Shown: positions 41,958-52,661 of the stretch, piece after piece | How the letters are laid out: every line of letters starts with the position of its first letter | How positions within the stretch are numbered: position 1 is the stretch's first letter | IMG/VR virus record: IMGVR_UViG_3300034060_000702 | Span: 18,461 to 82,460 of that record | Origin: a virus | Reading direction: 5' to 3' (one strand) | DNA length: 64,000 nucleotides | Position numbers and translations under genes: made by a program | Notes under the pieces: generated by a model | What the model was told of the DNA's origin: nothing | Database searches by the model: none | What the model saw: only the letters and a program-made list of their open reading frames with translations

Positions 41958-44696
41958 TTATTTGCTAGGTTTTTTATCATACTGATTTTTGTTTTCTCTT
42001 GCAACTTGTAGATCTATTTGTTTATCCATTGCAGCTTGGTTAAGTTTCTGTTTTTCAATCTCTAACTTTTGTTGTGCAAGATTTGTTCTAGTTGCTTCTT
42101 TTTCTTGATTGAATCCCATAGTTTCTTGATACTGATCATTTTTACGCATTGCATCTAATGTATCAGTAAAATCAGATTGTTGATTTTGATTGATGTCTTG
42201 TTGAGCACCATATCCTGCAGCTTTAATTTCTGCTTCAAGTAATCTGTTTCTTCTATCTTTTTCTTTCTCTCTAGACTCATGATCAAACACCATTTGTTTC
42301 TCTTTTTGTCTTGCTTGAATTTCTGCTTGTTGAGCTTCTTGTGCTTGTTGTTGTTGTGCTTGTTGTTGAGCTTGAGCTTTAGCCTCAATAGATTTAAGAG
42401 CATTGTTAAGAGAACCAATTGAATCTGCCTGCATAACACCTCCCAATTCATAAATAGATGCACCAGTAGTGTTGTTTTGTACAAACATTTGTTTTAACTG
42501 TTCAAGAATAGTTCTATGATTTACATTTGTAGTACCATAGCAATTCAAATCTGCTAATAACAAATCTGTACCATTGATTTCGAAATTAGTTCTTTCATCT
42601 GGAGAAATCATTCCTTGTAACTTCACTGAAGGTTTTGTAGAATGATAAAACTGTGCAAGATCAGTTCTCATCTGGTGAACTCTAGGCATTAAGTGATCTG
42701 AATGCTGAATGAAGTAAACTTCAGTCTGTGCAAAAGAACCAGTCATTGCTTGTTCTACTCCGGTAGCAGTATTTATTTGACCAAGTTGTTGGCCCATTCT
42801 TTGAGGATTTAATCCTACAACTTCCATTGCTTGTTGCTTAAAATAATTTGCAAGTTGAATTCTTGATTGCAACCTTGCAGTTTGTTCTAAGTTTAAAGTT
42901 TGGTAGTGTTGAAAATTAGATGTTGTTTCTGTATTTTGAATAGAAGGATCTAAGGGCAACATTGAAAAATCTTTCATCGCTACATAAGCTTTAGCAAGAT
43001 TCCCTTTACCCCAGTCTTCTCCCATTGAATGTCTTGGTAATGCATTTTGGTCTAACACCACAACAGTACCAATTTCATCTATAAGAATATCTGCTATCTG
43101 ATTGTTACATAAATTGTATCCAATCTGTGCAGGCTTCATCTGGTCAACCAATGATGTAGATTTAGTATTTCTATCCGAGAATACTCTTCCTTCAATTGGT
43201 AACTTACAACCATACATTGAAGAATCTCCTTTAAATTGAAATCTTAATGGTCCAGGTGTAGGTCTTCCAACTCCTATGTACATAGAATCAAAATCACCAT
43301 CATCATTTAAGTAATTAAATACAGATCTATTGTTTCCAATTTTTACACCAGCATTAGTTTGGTTAATCCAAATCCAATCAATATGATCTCCAAATACAAG
43401 ATTATCTGCACTTCTTACATCAGTAAATGACATGTTGTAAATTGGATTTGTTCTAACTACATAATTCTCATCAATGATTTCAGTCACAACTTGACCATCT
43501 TCATCAATTTTAGTTAAGTTACCAATTCTTCTTTGTGTTTTCCAATATACATGAGTAACTCTTAACATTTCAGAGTTATTGATATATCCTGTGTGCTCAC
43601 TTTCTCCAAGTACCCAAGATACAATATCGCTTGATTCAATGTTTGAATCGATATGAGCTAAGTGTCTTTTCATATCAACACCCATAACTCTATTCTCATC
43701 ATAGGTTTCATCGGAATTGTATAATGAACCATCATTTGGAATACCATCAACAAGATATTTTGCTGAACTGGAAGGATTCAATCTTTCTAGTTTTTCCAAT
43801 TGTTCATCAGTCATCAAGTAACCATGTATATCAATTACATCTGCAATAGACATCATATCAATAAAACCAGAATAGTTTCCTTGAGAAACATATTTAGTTG
43901 AAGGTGATTTATGGTAAAAAGTCAAAGCAGGATTCAATACTTCAACATCATAGTCATCTTCAAGCATCCTAAAGTGCCAGAATTCCGAATCTGTAATTAA
44001 GGAATCTCTAAAAGCAACTTCTTCCAGTTCATCCATGTGAAATCTATTAACATCAATAGCATGTTGCTTAACAGCCCATTGCTCACTTAATGTTTGATAT
44101 GATTTAGAATAGAACTTTTCAATTTGTGGTAATTTCTTTAATGCTTCTGGATCGATTTGCTGTTTAGCTTCTTCTGATTCAGGATCCATTCCCATCTCAA
44201 TCATTTTAGATATAAGTTTCTGGGAAGCATCTTGAATTAAAGCACTACCAATTTCATCAGCTTTCTTATTCATTATCTCATTGTATGAATACTCATCCAA
44301 TGCGCGATAATCTATTTTAGTATTTCTTTTAGCAAACTCACTAACAAGTGTATTTACAATGTTTGGAATTATTGGATAGAATTTTAATTCCATTGCAGAA
44401 TCTGTATCTTCTACAAGTACATCCAATATGTCAACCATATCATTGTCTACTTCTGGAATATAATCAGTCTTATCAATTACACCTTTTGCAAGTTTGTAAT
44501 TCTTCATCAATCTTCTTGACTTCTCTCTGATTTGTTTTATCCCTTGCCATTCAATCCAATCAATGTTATGTCTATACCATTCTTCATCCTTTTCCTCTAT
44601 AGGTAAGAACTGAATTGGTTGTGTGAATACATTATATCTATTTTTATTTTTAGATTTTTTTCCACCTTTAAGGTCCATTGCATTTAATACTTCCAT
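41958..44696 (-). CDS. Portal protein
   Basis: 912 aa; YPIIPNIVNTLVSEF and SLVDQMKPAQIGYN motifs; C-terminal coiled coil; follows terminase. Confidence 0.9.
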   Translation of the reverse strand: MEVLNAMDLKGGKKSKNKNRYNVFTQPIQFLPIEEKDEEWYRHNIDWIEWQGIKQIREKSRRLMKNYKLAKGVIDKTDYIPEVDNDMVDILDVLVEDTDSAMELKFYPIIPNIVNTLVSEFAKRNTKIDYRALDEYSYNEIMNKKADEIGSALIQDASQKLISKMIEMGMDPESEEAKQQIDPEALKKLPQIEKFYSKSYQTLSEQWAVKQHAIDVNRFHMDELEEVAFRDSLITDSEFWHFRMLEDDYDVEVLNPALTFYHKSPSTKYVSQGNYSGFIDMMSIADVIDIHGYLMTDEQLEKLERLNPSSSAKYLVDGIPNDGSLYNSDETYDENRVMGVDMKRHLAHIDSNIESSDIVSWVLGESEHTGYINNSEMLRVTHVYWKTQRRIGNLTKIDEDGQVVTEIIDENYVVRTNPIYNMSFTDVRSADNLVFGDHIDWIWINQTNAGVKIGNNRSVFNYLNDDGDFDSMYIGVGRPTPGPLRFQFKGDSSMYGCKLPIEGRVFSDRNTKSTSLVDQMKPAQIGYNLCNNQIADILIDEIGTVVVLDQNALPRHSMGEDWGKGNLAKAYVAMKDFSMLPLDPSIQNTETTSNFQHYQTLNLEQTARLQSRIQLANYFKQQAMEVVGLNPQRMGQQLGQINTATGVEQAMTGSFAQTEVYFIQHSDHLMPRVHQMRTDLAQFYHSTKPSVKLQGMISPDERTNFEINGTDLLLADLNCYGTTNVNHRTILEQLKQMFVQNNTTGASIYELGGVMQADSIGSLNNALKSIEAKAQAQQQAQQQQAQEAQQAEIQARQKEKQMVFDHESREKEKDRRNRLLEAEIKAAGYGAQQDINQNQQSDFTDTLDAMRKNDQYQETMGFNQEKEATRTNLAQQKLEIEKQKLNQAAMDKQIDLQVARENKNQYDKKPSK

Positions 44697-44697
44697 A

Positions 44698-46920
44698 CTA
44701 TCTTAAATTTTTGAATGCACTTCTTTGTTTTTTAAAACCACTATTGGAATTATTCATACCAATATTTTTAAAAGGGCTTCTGTTTAATTTATACAAATTT
44801 TCTGAATTATCCAAATATTCTGTGTCTTCATGTTCAATTCTTACAGTTGTTCCTCTATTTGATTCCTGAATTTTAACAAATGTAATTAATGCGCCTAAAG
44901 AAATCAATCTATCGACATTTAATCCTGGTTGGTATGCTTCCATTTCAACCATTGCCATTATATCCGGAATTCTAGATACTCCAAATTGAATTATATTTAC
45001 ATTTCCATCTTCGCTATACTCAACATCTAATTCCTCTTTTAAGAATTCAATCAGATAACTCAACATAACTGTTTTAAATATGGTTGAAACATTTCGCCAT
45101 CCATATTGTTGAAATTGGGTTTTTGATGCTTGTATTTCTTTAGAAAAGACCATTTGAGATGAAGGCACTAAATACTTCTGTTTTCTTTTAAATTGCATGT
45201 GTTGAATAAACAAGGGTACATTGTTCTCAACAACTGTCCAAGCTTGATACCATTCAATCATTAATTCTAATCTCTCATGTGTTTTATTAATGTCATCAAA
45301 TCGACCACACCATGAAGCAACTATCTTATCACCTTCAATAAAGTTTTCTACTTCACCATTCTGTTGTATTCTTTGTACCTGTACAGGATTTTTGTAAATG
45401 TAAATTGAACATAGAGATTCGGAAGTTGTAGTTTTTCCTTCTCCAACTGGATCGACAGATGCAAAGTATGTTGTACAAAATTTAATTTCATCATCCGGTT
45501 CTTCCCATACTTGAATTACTCCAGTTTTATCTTCAGCATTTTTTGTAATAGGAAATTCTGTAATTGGAGGTTTAGTTGTAAGAGAAGCAACAATTTCACC
45601 ATTAATACCATAAGATAAATTATAACTCTTAAATGGATAGTCACCTTCTTCAATATTTCTTTTGTGACCTTTGATTACTTGAGTTGGAAATATACTTTCT
45701 CCTCTAAATGCAAAAGCCTCTTCTAAGTTAGTTGGATGCTGGGAAATTCGAATCTGATATTGTTCAGGATCCAAATCTTTTTTCCACTGAATTCTTTTTT
45801 CAATAATAGCCGCTAATGCTTCCTCAACTTTACTATTACCAAAGTCATCTATGAATGGAGGCATTGACCATTGTTCTGGAACAAACAATCCAGTAACTAA
45901 GACTGTACCTTTATCATTTACAAACTTATTCCTTACACCATAGAATCCATTTCCCTTTGGTTTGTACATGAATTTCTTCAATGGTTCACATTGTTTCAAG
46001 TCACCTACTGATCCTGCAGCAATAAAAAATCCTGTTGTAATATCTCCAGATTCCATGGCTGGGCGCATGAACTCATAAGTCTTATCCATCGATTTAGCAA
46101 TTCCAGCTTCCTCATAAAAAAACAAAGTACATAAACCCCCTACACCGGCTGTATCCGATTGCTCAAATGATAATGATTGAAGTACACCTTTTCTACCTTT
46201 TTCAGTCTTTCTTCCATTCTCTACATACTCAATCTTTTGCTGCCATTCACCAACACCACCTGGGTTCATTGGTCTATACCATGCAGTATGTTGATTTAAG
46301 AAAATTCGGTATGCTTGTAAGATTTTCCATGTACCAGTTACACCAGTGATGTAAGCTGATAATGAAGCTCCGATTTTTAAGATTGGCGATTGTTCAAACC
46401 ATAGTATGTTTAATAACTTAGCAGCATGATAAAGGGAAGAACCGAACTGTCTTTTCTTTAGGACACATCCATGCTCATAGTTGAGTTCTGCAATACATTC
46501 ATATAATGCCATGTGTAACTGCGCATCCCATATATCAGTAAAGTCATCAGTCTTTTTAACTTTGTCTGGAATCTGTAAGAAGTTAATCCAGAAATAATAA
46601 TCTCGCGGTAAATACCATTTCTTACCATTGTTGTGTATGAAACAACCTTTTCTACATTTGAGTTTTTGATCATCCCAGTAATTAATGAAATCTCTTGAAC
46701 CCTCTAATGTATCTGTATAATATCCATGCTTCCTAAAGGTTTCTCCAGGTTCTTGAAATATTTTTACTGATTCATCAAATTCATATTCACCAGGTTCCTT
46801 AAAGTAATTATTTTCTAAATCATCTTTAAAGTCTTCTCTGGCATCATAAGATACAAAACCCCATACCCCATTATTATAACAGGGTATGTCTTTGTATATC
46901 ATTCCTAATTTATCATTCAT
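44698..46920 (-). CDS. terL: Terminase large subunit
   Basis: Walker A-like LKKRQFGSS, Walker B FFYEEAG, nuclease motif ASVDPV and C-terminal NVDRLIS. Confidence 0.92.
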   Translation of the reverse strand: MNDKLGMIYKDIPCYNNGVWGFVSYDAREDFKDDLENNYFKEPGEYEFDESVKIFQEPGETFRKHGYYTDTLEGSRDFINYWDDQKLKCRKGCFIHNNGKKWYLPRDYYFWINFLQIPDKVKKTDDFTDIWDAQLHMALYECIAELNYEHGCVLKKRQFGSSLYHAAKLLNILWFEQSPILKIGASLSAYITGVTGTWKILQAYRIFLNQHTAWYRPMNPGGVGEWQQKIEYVENGRKTEKGRKGVLQSLSFEQSDTAGVGGLCTLFFYEEAGIAKSMDKTYEFMRPAMESGDITTGFFIAAGSVGDLKQCEPLKKFMYKPKGNGFYGVRNKFVNDKGTVLVTGLFVPEQWSMPPFIDDFGNSKVEEALAAIIEKRIQWKKDLDPEQYQIRISQHPTNLEEAFAFRGESIFPTQVIKGHKRNIEEGDYPFKSYNLSYGINGEIVASLTTKPPITEFPITKNAEDKTGVIQVWEEPDDEIKFCTTYFASVDPVGEGKTTTSESLCSIYIYKNPVQVQRIQQNGEVENFIEGDKIVASWCGRFDDINKTHERLELMIEWYQAWTVVENNVPLFIQHMQFKRKQKYLVPSSQMVFSKEIQASKTQFQQYGWRNVSTIFKTVMLSYLIEFLKEELDVEYSEDGNVNIIQFGVSRIPDIMAMVEMEAYQPGLNVDRLISLGALITFVKIQESNRGTTVRIEHEDTEYLDNSENLYKLNRSPFKNIGMNNSNSGFKKQRSAFKNLR

Positions 46921-46922
46921 AA

Positions 46923-47435
46923 TTAATCATCATAAGATAATCTACTTCCACCTCTTGCTCTTGAAGACTGCTCTTCTTCTAAATCTTTTGCTACACCTTT
47001 AAATGATTTTCGAATTGAATCAAAGTTTTTTGCAGCTTGTATAATTGCAGAAATATTTCCATCTCTACCATCAGTGATACTTTGAGTATGCATATAAAAT
47101 GCAAGTTTTTCTAACATGTTTGAAATACCATTGTATGCGCGAGTAGTAGGGGTTTCATATAAAGATATGGTTTTCTTTAAACCTGCAATGATTAAAGGAT
47201 CTTCAGTACTAAAATCTGCTTCAATATCTTTTAGAATTTCTAATTCTAAATCATCTTGTGGTCTATTATAATAAGGATTATCTTCACTTCGACAAGCAAT
47301 ATAAAAAAAGTATTCAAAAATCTTAATGTAATTTTTAGGATACTCTTCCATTATTTTTTTATAGATGCTAATTGCATAGCAATGCTCTGAAGGAACTAAT
47401 GCTTTTCCTTTAAGTTCAAATAGTTTAATGGCCAT
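46923..47435 (-). CDS. Conserved protein upstream of terL (candidate small terminase subunit)
   Basis: 170 aa helical protein ending RARGG; position. Confidence 0.45.
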   Translation of the reverse strand: MAIKLFELKGKALVPSEHCYAISIYKKIMEEYPKNYIKIFEYFFYIACRSEDNPYYNRPQDDLELEILKDIEADFSTEDPLIIAGLKKTISLYETPTTRAYNGISNMLEKLAFYMHTQSITDGRDGNISAIIQAAKNFDSIRKSFKGVAKDLEEEQSSRARGGSRLSYDD

Positions 47436-48264
47436 TATTCAATAGTTTAGCTTTATTATTATTCACATACTTAAACAAATCTAGTACTTCTTTTTTTAAG
47501 TAAGGTATTTTGTGAGGTGTTACTTTTTTAACCACCGGATGACCTTCGGCATCTAACATTACAACTGGATAACCATGCTCATCTAAAGATTCAATTTCGA
47601 ATTCAATATGATCAATTTGCATGATACCTGGATTCAAATTATAGTTATGTTTAAGCATCATGTACATGTAGATACTCAACTGCAAAGCATAATCATTAAA
47701 GTTGCAATCATCTAAATGAGATAAAGGTGAAAGCATCTTTTTAGTTTTTCCATTTGCTGTTTTAAAACCTTCTTTCTTAATCTCTTTATTAGTTTTGTAA
47801 TCATACAAATCAATGCAATCATTTACTACTTCAACTCTATCCGCTTGTCCACATATACCCACTGACATAAGATAAATCAAATGCTCTGGATATATACCTT
47901 CAGATAAAGCTTGTGATGGTGCTAACTTTACATAACCATCCATTAAAGGATCGATAATAGTAAGAGGAATTCCATTTCTTGTAATAGTATTACAGTTTAA
48001 AATATCTTGTTCTCTTCGATCATGATACCAAGAACCTAATGTTACAGCTCTAGTGTTTTCAGCTTTCCAAATCTTTCTAATTTCTTCAGGAGTCTTTCCA
48101 ACATACTTTGGGTTTTTTCCTTTAGAACAAGCTACCGACATCTTCATTTCATCAAATGGTTCTTTGAAGTAGTGTATTAATCTGGTAACACTGATCCAAT
48201 CAATTGGATTTTCAGTATCAACACTCACATACTTATGAGTATCTGCATAAAATTTAATTGCCAT
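47425..48264 (-). CDS. PD-(D/E)xK nuclease
   Basis: HKY, SVTRLI, GSWYH, E...ICGQADR...DYKTNK...YALQLSIY. Confidence 0.85.
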   Translation of the reverse strand: MAIKFYADTHKYVSVDTENPIDWISVTRLIHYFKEPFDEMKMSVACSKGKNPKYVGKTPEEIRKIWKAENTRAVTLGSWYHDRREQDILNCNTITRNGIPLTIIDPLMDGYVKLAPSQALSEGIYPEHLIYLMSVGICGQADRVEVVNDCIDLYDYKTNKEIKKEGFKTANGKTKKMLSPLSHLDDCNFNDYALQLSIYMYMMLKHNYNLNPGIMQIDHIEFEIESLDEHGYPVVMLDAEGHPVVKKVTPHKIPYLKKEVLDLFKYVNNNKAKLLNNGH

Positions 48265-48580
48265 CCTCTCTTAGTTTTTTTTGTAACATATACTCTTCTT
48301 CAAATGTAAGCACTGCTTTCCATTTAGGTTCTGCCAGCGGACATTCAGAAGATAAAGATCTAATTTTTAGTTTTAAAGAGCACCCACAATCCCCACAACA
48401 AGGACCTGTTCCAGGCATTGCACATTTACCATCAAATAATATACAACCTTCACAAAAGGCCATTCTTTCTGCAGCAATTTCTTCAATGTGATCAACTTTA
48501 AAAATATTATTCTTTATTCCCTCCAATATTTGCTCCTTGGCTTTCCAAATTTTTATTACGCTTTTCATATAATGGTTCAT
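48254..48580 (-). CDS. Small Cys-rich metal-binding protein
   Basis: RMAFCEGC...C...CCGDCGCSL..K......CP...KW. Confidence 0.7.
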   Translation of the reverse strand: MNHYMKSVIKIWKAKEQILEGIKNNIFKVDHIEEIAAERMAFCEGCILFDGKCAMPGTGPCCGDCGCSLKLKIRSLSSECPLAEPKWKAVLTFEEEYMLQKKLREDGN

Positions 48581-48902
48581 AATGGTTATTACAAGTCTTT
48601 AATCCTTCCTTTTGAGTTATAAGCATTTCTTTAGTAAGATTATACTTTATAACTTTTTTAAAGTCTTCTTGGTCATTGCTATTCAACAATTTTTCTAATC
48701 GAGTAATGCTGTTTTTTAATTTAACTCTACTCAATCTTATTGTTCCAATTTTATGTAAATATAAAGTTGGATGTTGCAAAGACTCAATTTTTCTTCTGAC
48801 AAGAGTATAATAAAAGTCAACTACATCTTGAACCAAAAATTCTGGAACATTTAATTCAGATGCAGTTTTCTTTATTAAGTCTTTAGCTTTTGTTGGCTTC
48901 AT
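48507..48902 (-). CDS. HU/IHF-like DNA-binding protein
   Basis: DLIKKTASELNVPEFLVQDVV...LYLHKIGTI. Confidence 0.6.
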   Translation of the reverse strand: MKPTKAKDLIKKTASELNVPEFLVQDVVDFYYTLVRRKIESLQHPTLYLHKIGTIRLSRVKLKNSITRLEKLLNSNDQEDFKKVIKYNLTKEMLITQKEGLKTCNNHYEPLYEKRNKNLESQGANIGGNKE

Positions 48903-49254
48903 GATGATAAATTTTCATGTTTAATAAGATAGTGCCATTGTTCAAAATCTTTAATTCTGGTGTCAAAGAAACAATCTTATTTCCTAAACCACTTCTTACA
49001 ACCAATCCTTCTTTAACAGATTTGGTTATAAAATTTCTTGTGGTTTGAACATTACCAAAAACTTCTTCGGTAACTACTTGTTCACAAAAATCAGACATAT
49101 TAATTTCTCCATACAAACCAAGCAAAGCTAAACAGTCTTGTTGTGCTGGACTCAATCGAATTTTATTAATAAAACAATACATATTGATTTGAAATTTAAT
49201 AATCTCAATTAGAGTCATTGGCACTTGGGTATTTACTACAAATGCTTTTGCCAT
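48883..49254 (-). CDS. Winged-helix-like protein
   Basis: LSPAQQDCLALL...VQTTRNFITKSVKEGLVVR. Confidence 0.5.
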   Translation of the reverse strand: MAKAFVVNTQVPMTLIEIIKFQINMYCFINKIRLSPAQQDCLALLGLYGEINMSDFCEQVVTEEVFGNVQTTRNFITKSVKEGLVVRSGLGNKIVSLTPELKILNNGTILLNMKIYHHEANKS

Positions 49255-49256
49255 GA

Positions 49257-49523
49257 TTAATCTTTTTTATCAATATCATGATCAACACCTGTATCCTCAT
49301 CTTCATCTTCTTTTTGCATTGAGATTTCAATATGGATTCTTTCAAGTTTTGCTTTAAGAGTTTCAAGCTTTGCTTTTTCAATTCTAGCTTTTAACTCTTC
49401 AAAAGTGCATTGAGCTGTAAGTATTTCTTCATGGTCTTTGTAAAATGAAATTTGCTTATCTCTCATTTCTTTTAGTTGCTCTTGACTATAAACAACTTCT
49501 TCTGGGTTGGTTTGTTCTGACAT
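49257..49523 (-). CDS. Coiled-coil hypothetical protein
   Basis: 88-aa ORF preceded by a TATCTTTG box. Confidence 0.65.
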   Translation of the reverse strand: MSEQTNPEEVVYSQEQLKEMRDKQISFYKDHEEILTAQCTFEELKARIEKAKLETLKAKLERIHIEISMQKEDEDEDTGVDHDIDKKD

Positions 49524-49546
49524 ACTTTTTATTATTTAGTTTACTC

Positions 49547-49554
49547 AAAGATAA
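49547..49554 (-). promoter_or_regulatory. Bacteroidota sigma -7 box (TAnnTTTG)
   Basis: TATCTTTG on the minus strand, between a terminator and the next ATG; similar TATATTTG at 54494-54501 and 57924-57931. Confidence 0.55.
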
Positions 49555-49581
49555 TAATTTTTGTTTAACTAAATTATATTT

Positions 49582-49612
49582 AAAAAGAAAAGCACCCCGA
49601 TTGGAGTGCTTT
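49582..49612 (-). terminator. Terminator after the lysis cassette
   Basis: Minus strand AAGCACTCC...GGGGTGCTT followed by Ts. Confidence 0.7.
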
Positions 49613-49643
49613 GGCTATACCATTCTATGATATAGGGTGCGCT

Positions 49644-49961
49644 TTATTTTAATCTCTTATTATCGCCTTTACCATTTCTGGCTCTATTTTTTGAGGCTGC
49701 TTCTTTTACTAACTTACCTGATTTTGTGTGAGATGCATCTTTACCATCACCATTTCCATAAGTGCCAGAATTTCTGTTTGCTTTATTCAAGGAAGCTCTG
49801 TATGCTTTTCTTTCATCAGAAGCATGGTAATCTTTATTGTATGCATTTTTTTTAGCTCTTGCTTCAGGATTTGATGCAAAATACTTTGCTGATTCACTCT
49901 TTCCAGTGGATTTACCAGCTAAACTATTTCTTTTACTTTTATTCATTTGGATCCCACTCAT
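49644..49961 (-). CDS. Basic protein with a degenerate HNH-like motif
   Basis: GDGKDASHTK...KNRARN. Confidence 0.5.
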   Translation of the reverse strand: MSGIQMNKSKRNSLAGKSTGKSESAKYFASNPEARAKKNAYNKDYHASDERKAYRASLNKANRNSGTYGNGDGKDASHTKSGKLVKEAASKNRARNGKGDNKRLK

Positions 49962-50538
49962 TAAGTAATGTGTAAGTAACTCTTTTTTGTGTTTTAAACA
50001 AATTAATTACTTGATAGAATTTTTCAACTGCATTTACAACTTGACATCCGGCACTCCAATTCCCAATAGTTTCTTTAACAGCTTTGCTGTGTTTATTATA
50101 ATCCATTGTATGGAAATTGATACCACACCATTCGAATACTTGCAGTGGTCCAATCTCTTCAGATTTTTTATCTCTATCACCATCACGATAGCCAAGAAAT
50201 TTACCAACTTGAACTAATGCATCCATCTTACCCATGTGTAAACCATATTTCCACACATCATAATAAACTTCATCTGCTTTGATTACAGCAGCTCCTACTT
50301 TGTTATACTTTAGGAAGCCTCCCTCAAGTATTGGAGTACCTGGGTTAGTGGTTCCTGTTGCCATAGTATCAAATGTAGTTTCAGTGAAAAAATAAAATTT
50401 ATCATCTGGAACATTTGCGGCATCCTCATTGGATCTAACACCCACAATATGTCTTCCTTTAGGATAACCTTTAAAAGAAGGCAAGCTCGCCATTCTTTTA
50501 AGTATTTGTTCATCTGTGTAAATTCTTACATTATTCAT
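49939..50538 (-). CDS. Putative endolysin (YkuD/L,D-peptidase-like His...Cys motif)
   Basis: GINFH...WSAGCQV; adjacent to membrane-protein genes. Confidence 0.7.
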   Translation of the reverse strand: MNNVRIYTDEQILKRMASLPSFKGYPKGRHIVGVRSNEDAANVPDDKFYFFTETTFDTMATGTTNPGTPILEGGFLKYNKVGAAVIKADEVYYDVWKYGLHMGKMDALVQVGKFLGYRDGDRDKKSEEIGPLQVFEWCGINFHTMDYNKHSKAVKETIGNWSAGCQVVNAVEKFYQVINLFKTQKRVTYTLLNEWDPNE

Positions 50539-50539
50539 A

Positions 50540-50869
50540 CTAACTTGATTTATTAGATCTTAATTGTACATTAACCAGTTGTCCTACAGTGTCCGAAAGC
50601 TCACCTATTTTACTAGCCATATTTTTAATTTCTTGTTGAGTAGTTTCAGTTACTAACTGATATTTTAATCTACCTTCTTGCTCAACTAACTCAATCTTAC
50701 CTTTTAGTTTTCCAATATCTTCGGACATCTTTGAATAATTATGAGCTTGTTCAGTAATAGATGTTTTTACATCACTGTGCAATGTTCTTAAAAAGTATCC
50801 AATTATTCCAAATATGATCAACAATAATGGTACAGCAACACCTAAAACTACATTTATAAAGTCCATCAC
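50540..50869 (-). CDS. Single-TM coiled-coil lysis protein (holin/spanin-like)
   Basis: N-terminal TM helix followed by a coiled coil. Confidence 0.55.
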   Translation of the reverse strand: MMDFINVVLGVAVPLLLIIFGIIGYFLRTLHSDVKTSITEQAHNYSKMSEDIGKLKGKIELVEQEGRLKYQLVTETTQQEIKNMASKIGELSDTVGQLVNVQLRSNKSS

Positions 50870-50875
50870 TTGTTT

Positions 50876-51097
50876 TTATTTTTCTAAGTTATCACTATTT
50901 TCTACTGTTAGTTGAGATAGTATGCCTATAACTGAACCAGCTGTTATCATGTAACTACCTAGAACTGCTAACCCTACTGGAGGAGCTGTTACTACTAAAC
51001 CTAACCCTCCTACAAATATACCAATTCTTTGTACACTTTTCCAAAATTTTGGAGTAGGAGATACCCATCTTTTTTTAACTTCGCTAACTGTTTTCAT
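50876..51097 (-). CDS. Holin
   Basis: RW..PTPKFWK followed by two TM segments. Confidence 0.65.
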   Translation of the reverse strand: MKTVSEVKKRWVSPTPKFWKSVQRIGIFVGGLGLVVTAPPVGLAVLGSYMITAGSVIGILSQLTVENSDNLEK

Positions 51098-51112
51098 ATT
51101 ATTTATTTTTTA

Positions 51113-51310
51113 TTATTTTAAACTTACTGTGAATAAATGCCACATACCTTTATTATACAAATCAATCATTTCACCTTGAGTTGCTGCAGATGGTTCTATA
51201 ATACTATTAGGTGTATCATTACCATAACTAATTTCTACAGGAGCACCTTCAGTTCCAATAACATCTAGGTTCCAATATAAAATGTGTGTACTTAAATCTA
51301 TTGGTTCCAT
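51113..51310 (-). CDS. Hypothetical protein (fibre-associated)
   Basis: 65-aa ORF in an operonic position. Confidence 0.55.
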   Translation of the reverse strand: MEPIDLSTHILYWNLDVIGTEGAPVEISYGNDTPNSIIEPSAATQGEMIDLYNKGMWHLFTVSLK

Positions 51311-51311
51311 G

Positions 51312-52229
51312 TTAAAAACTTTTATTGTAATACCATCTAAAGTAATTCTCTATTTTTTGTTGTTCTGCACACTCTATCCAATAAGGAAGAACAAGAACCA
51401 TTCCCAATTCAAAATCTTGCGATGTTGAAGTTTGATTTGTAGGATTGTTACCTATTCCTAAAGTAGGAATGCTAAAAGGACTTGCAATTGGTGAAAAATT
51501 ATCAGCACCAAAAAGAATTTTATGAAACCTACCATTAATAAACATGTGTTGTTCACTACCATCACCAGTAGGTTGAGTATGCCTAAATTTGCAAGTCAAT
51601 AACATGTAGTCTTTAAATTCAGCAGGTGTATTTGCTACAGAAGATGCAGTACTAGGTCCAATATCACTAGTATATGTTGTTCCTGTACTTGTAGCAGAAT
51701 ATAATCTACTTCTTATTTGACATGCAGATGCACCAGAAGCAGGAGTGGAAACTAAAATTGAACCTGTTGTAATACTATTTGAATCTATTATTGGTAATGA
51801 AGTTGTACCATTTAGTTTAACCATGCACATTATTGTATAACCTGGTGCTGCAGCTATTGCAGATACTGTTTTCATTACTGATGCAGTACCATCATAGTTC
51901 AAAATAGTCTTACCACCTAATACATTTGCATAAGGAATTGGTCTTGATACAGTAGAACCATTAGAGGTTAAATAGTTTCCTGTGTTTGCAATATCATTTA
52001 AGTTAGTAGTATTACCACCAGTGATATTATAAAAATCAGCAAGTCCATATATTGCAGGTTTTTTAACCCCAGTTAAATTTAAAGGATTAAGCATTTTATC
52101 TCTATCTGGTAGTCGATTATGCATACCACCTTTAGAACCACTTTGAACAGAAGCCAAAGCATTACCGGAGAGTGTGCCTGATTGCATACCTCTAATTGCT
52201 AAACCACTTTTTAATCCTTGTAAGGGCAT
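51312..52229 (-). CDS. LamG/concanavalin-like receptor-binding protein (likely start MPLQG at 52229)
   Basis: RPI...ILNYDG...YTIMCMVK...MFING...LGIGN...QKIENYFRWYY. Confidence 0.65.
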   Translation of the reverse strand: MPLQGLKSGLAIRGMQSGTLSGNALASVQSGSKGGMHNRLPDRDKMLNPLNLTGVKKPAIYGLADFYNITGGNTTNLNDIANTGNYLTSNGSTVSRPIPYANVLGGKTILNYDGTASVMKTVSAIAAAPGYTIMCMVKLNGTTSLPIIDSNSITTGSILVSTPASGASACQIRSRLYSATSTGTTYTSDIGPSTASSVANTPAEFKDYMLLTCKFRHTQPTGDGSEQHMFINGRFHKILFGADNFSPIASPFSIPTLGIGNNPTNQTSTSQDFELGMVLVLPYWIECAEQQKIENYFRWYYNKSF

Positions 52230-52240
52230 AGTATTAAATA

Positions 52241-52648
52241 TTAAGCATAAGTTTCTCCAAATACATGTATTGTACAAGATGATGTTCCATTAAGAGATAG
52301 TTGAGCAGTTATAGTATAAGTTGCTGGAATATCATAATAAGCATTACCATTTGCATCTCTTTTCTTTTGGAATACCGGAGCACCATTTGTATTTCCAAAA
52401 ATATCAGTCATTACATTGACACCAGTTGTACATGATACTAAAAAGTTACCTGCTGGGTTATTTGATCCATCTTTTATTCTTAAAGTAACAACAGGTACTT
52501 GAGCTGCTGAATTGGTAAAAGATATACCATATATTCTTCTTGTGTTAGTTGCATCTGCAGCAAGAATAACTGTTTCAGTTAAAGCTCCTGAAGCGAATGC
52601 TGTGTTTTGTGCAAAAGCTGCACTTGTAAAAGTTAATGAAGTTGCCAT
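52241..52648 (-). CDS. Beta-sandwich virion protein
   Basis: 135 aa with alternating beta patterns, in the fibre cluster. Confidence 0.5.
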   Translation of the reverse strand: MATSLTFTSAAFAQNTAFASGALTETVILAADATNTRRIYGISFTNSAAQVPVVTLRIKDGSNNPAGNFLVSCTTGVNVMTDIFGNTNGAPVFQKKRDANGNAYYDIPATYTITAQLSLNGTSSCTIHVFGETYA

Positions 52649-52661
52649 AATTTTATATTAT

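Noticed and set aside
38904-46920. Introns or inteins in MCP, portal or terminase
   Set aside because: The ORFs are uninterrupted, of plausible size, and I saw no intein splice motifs.
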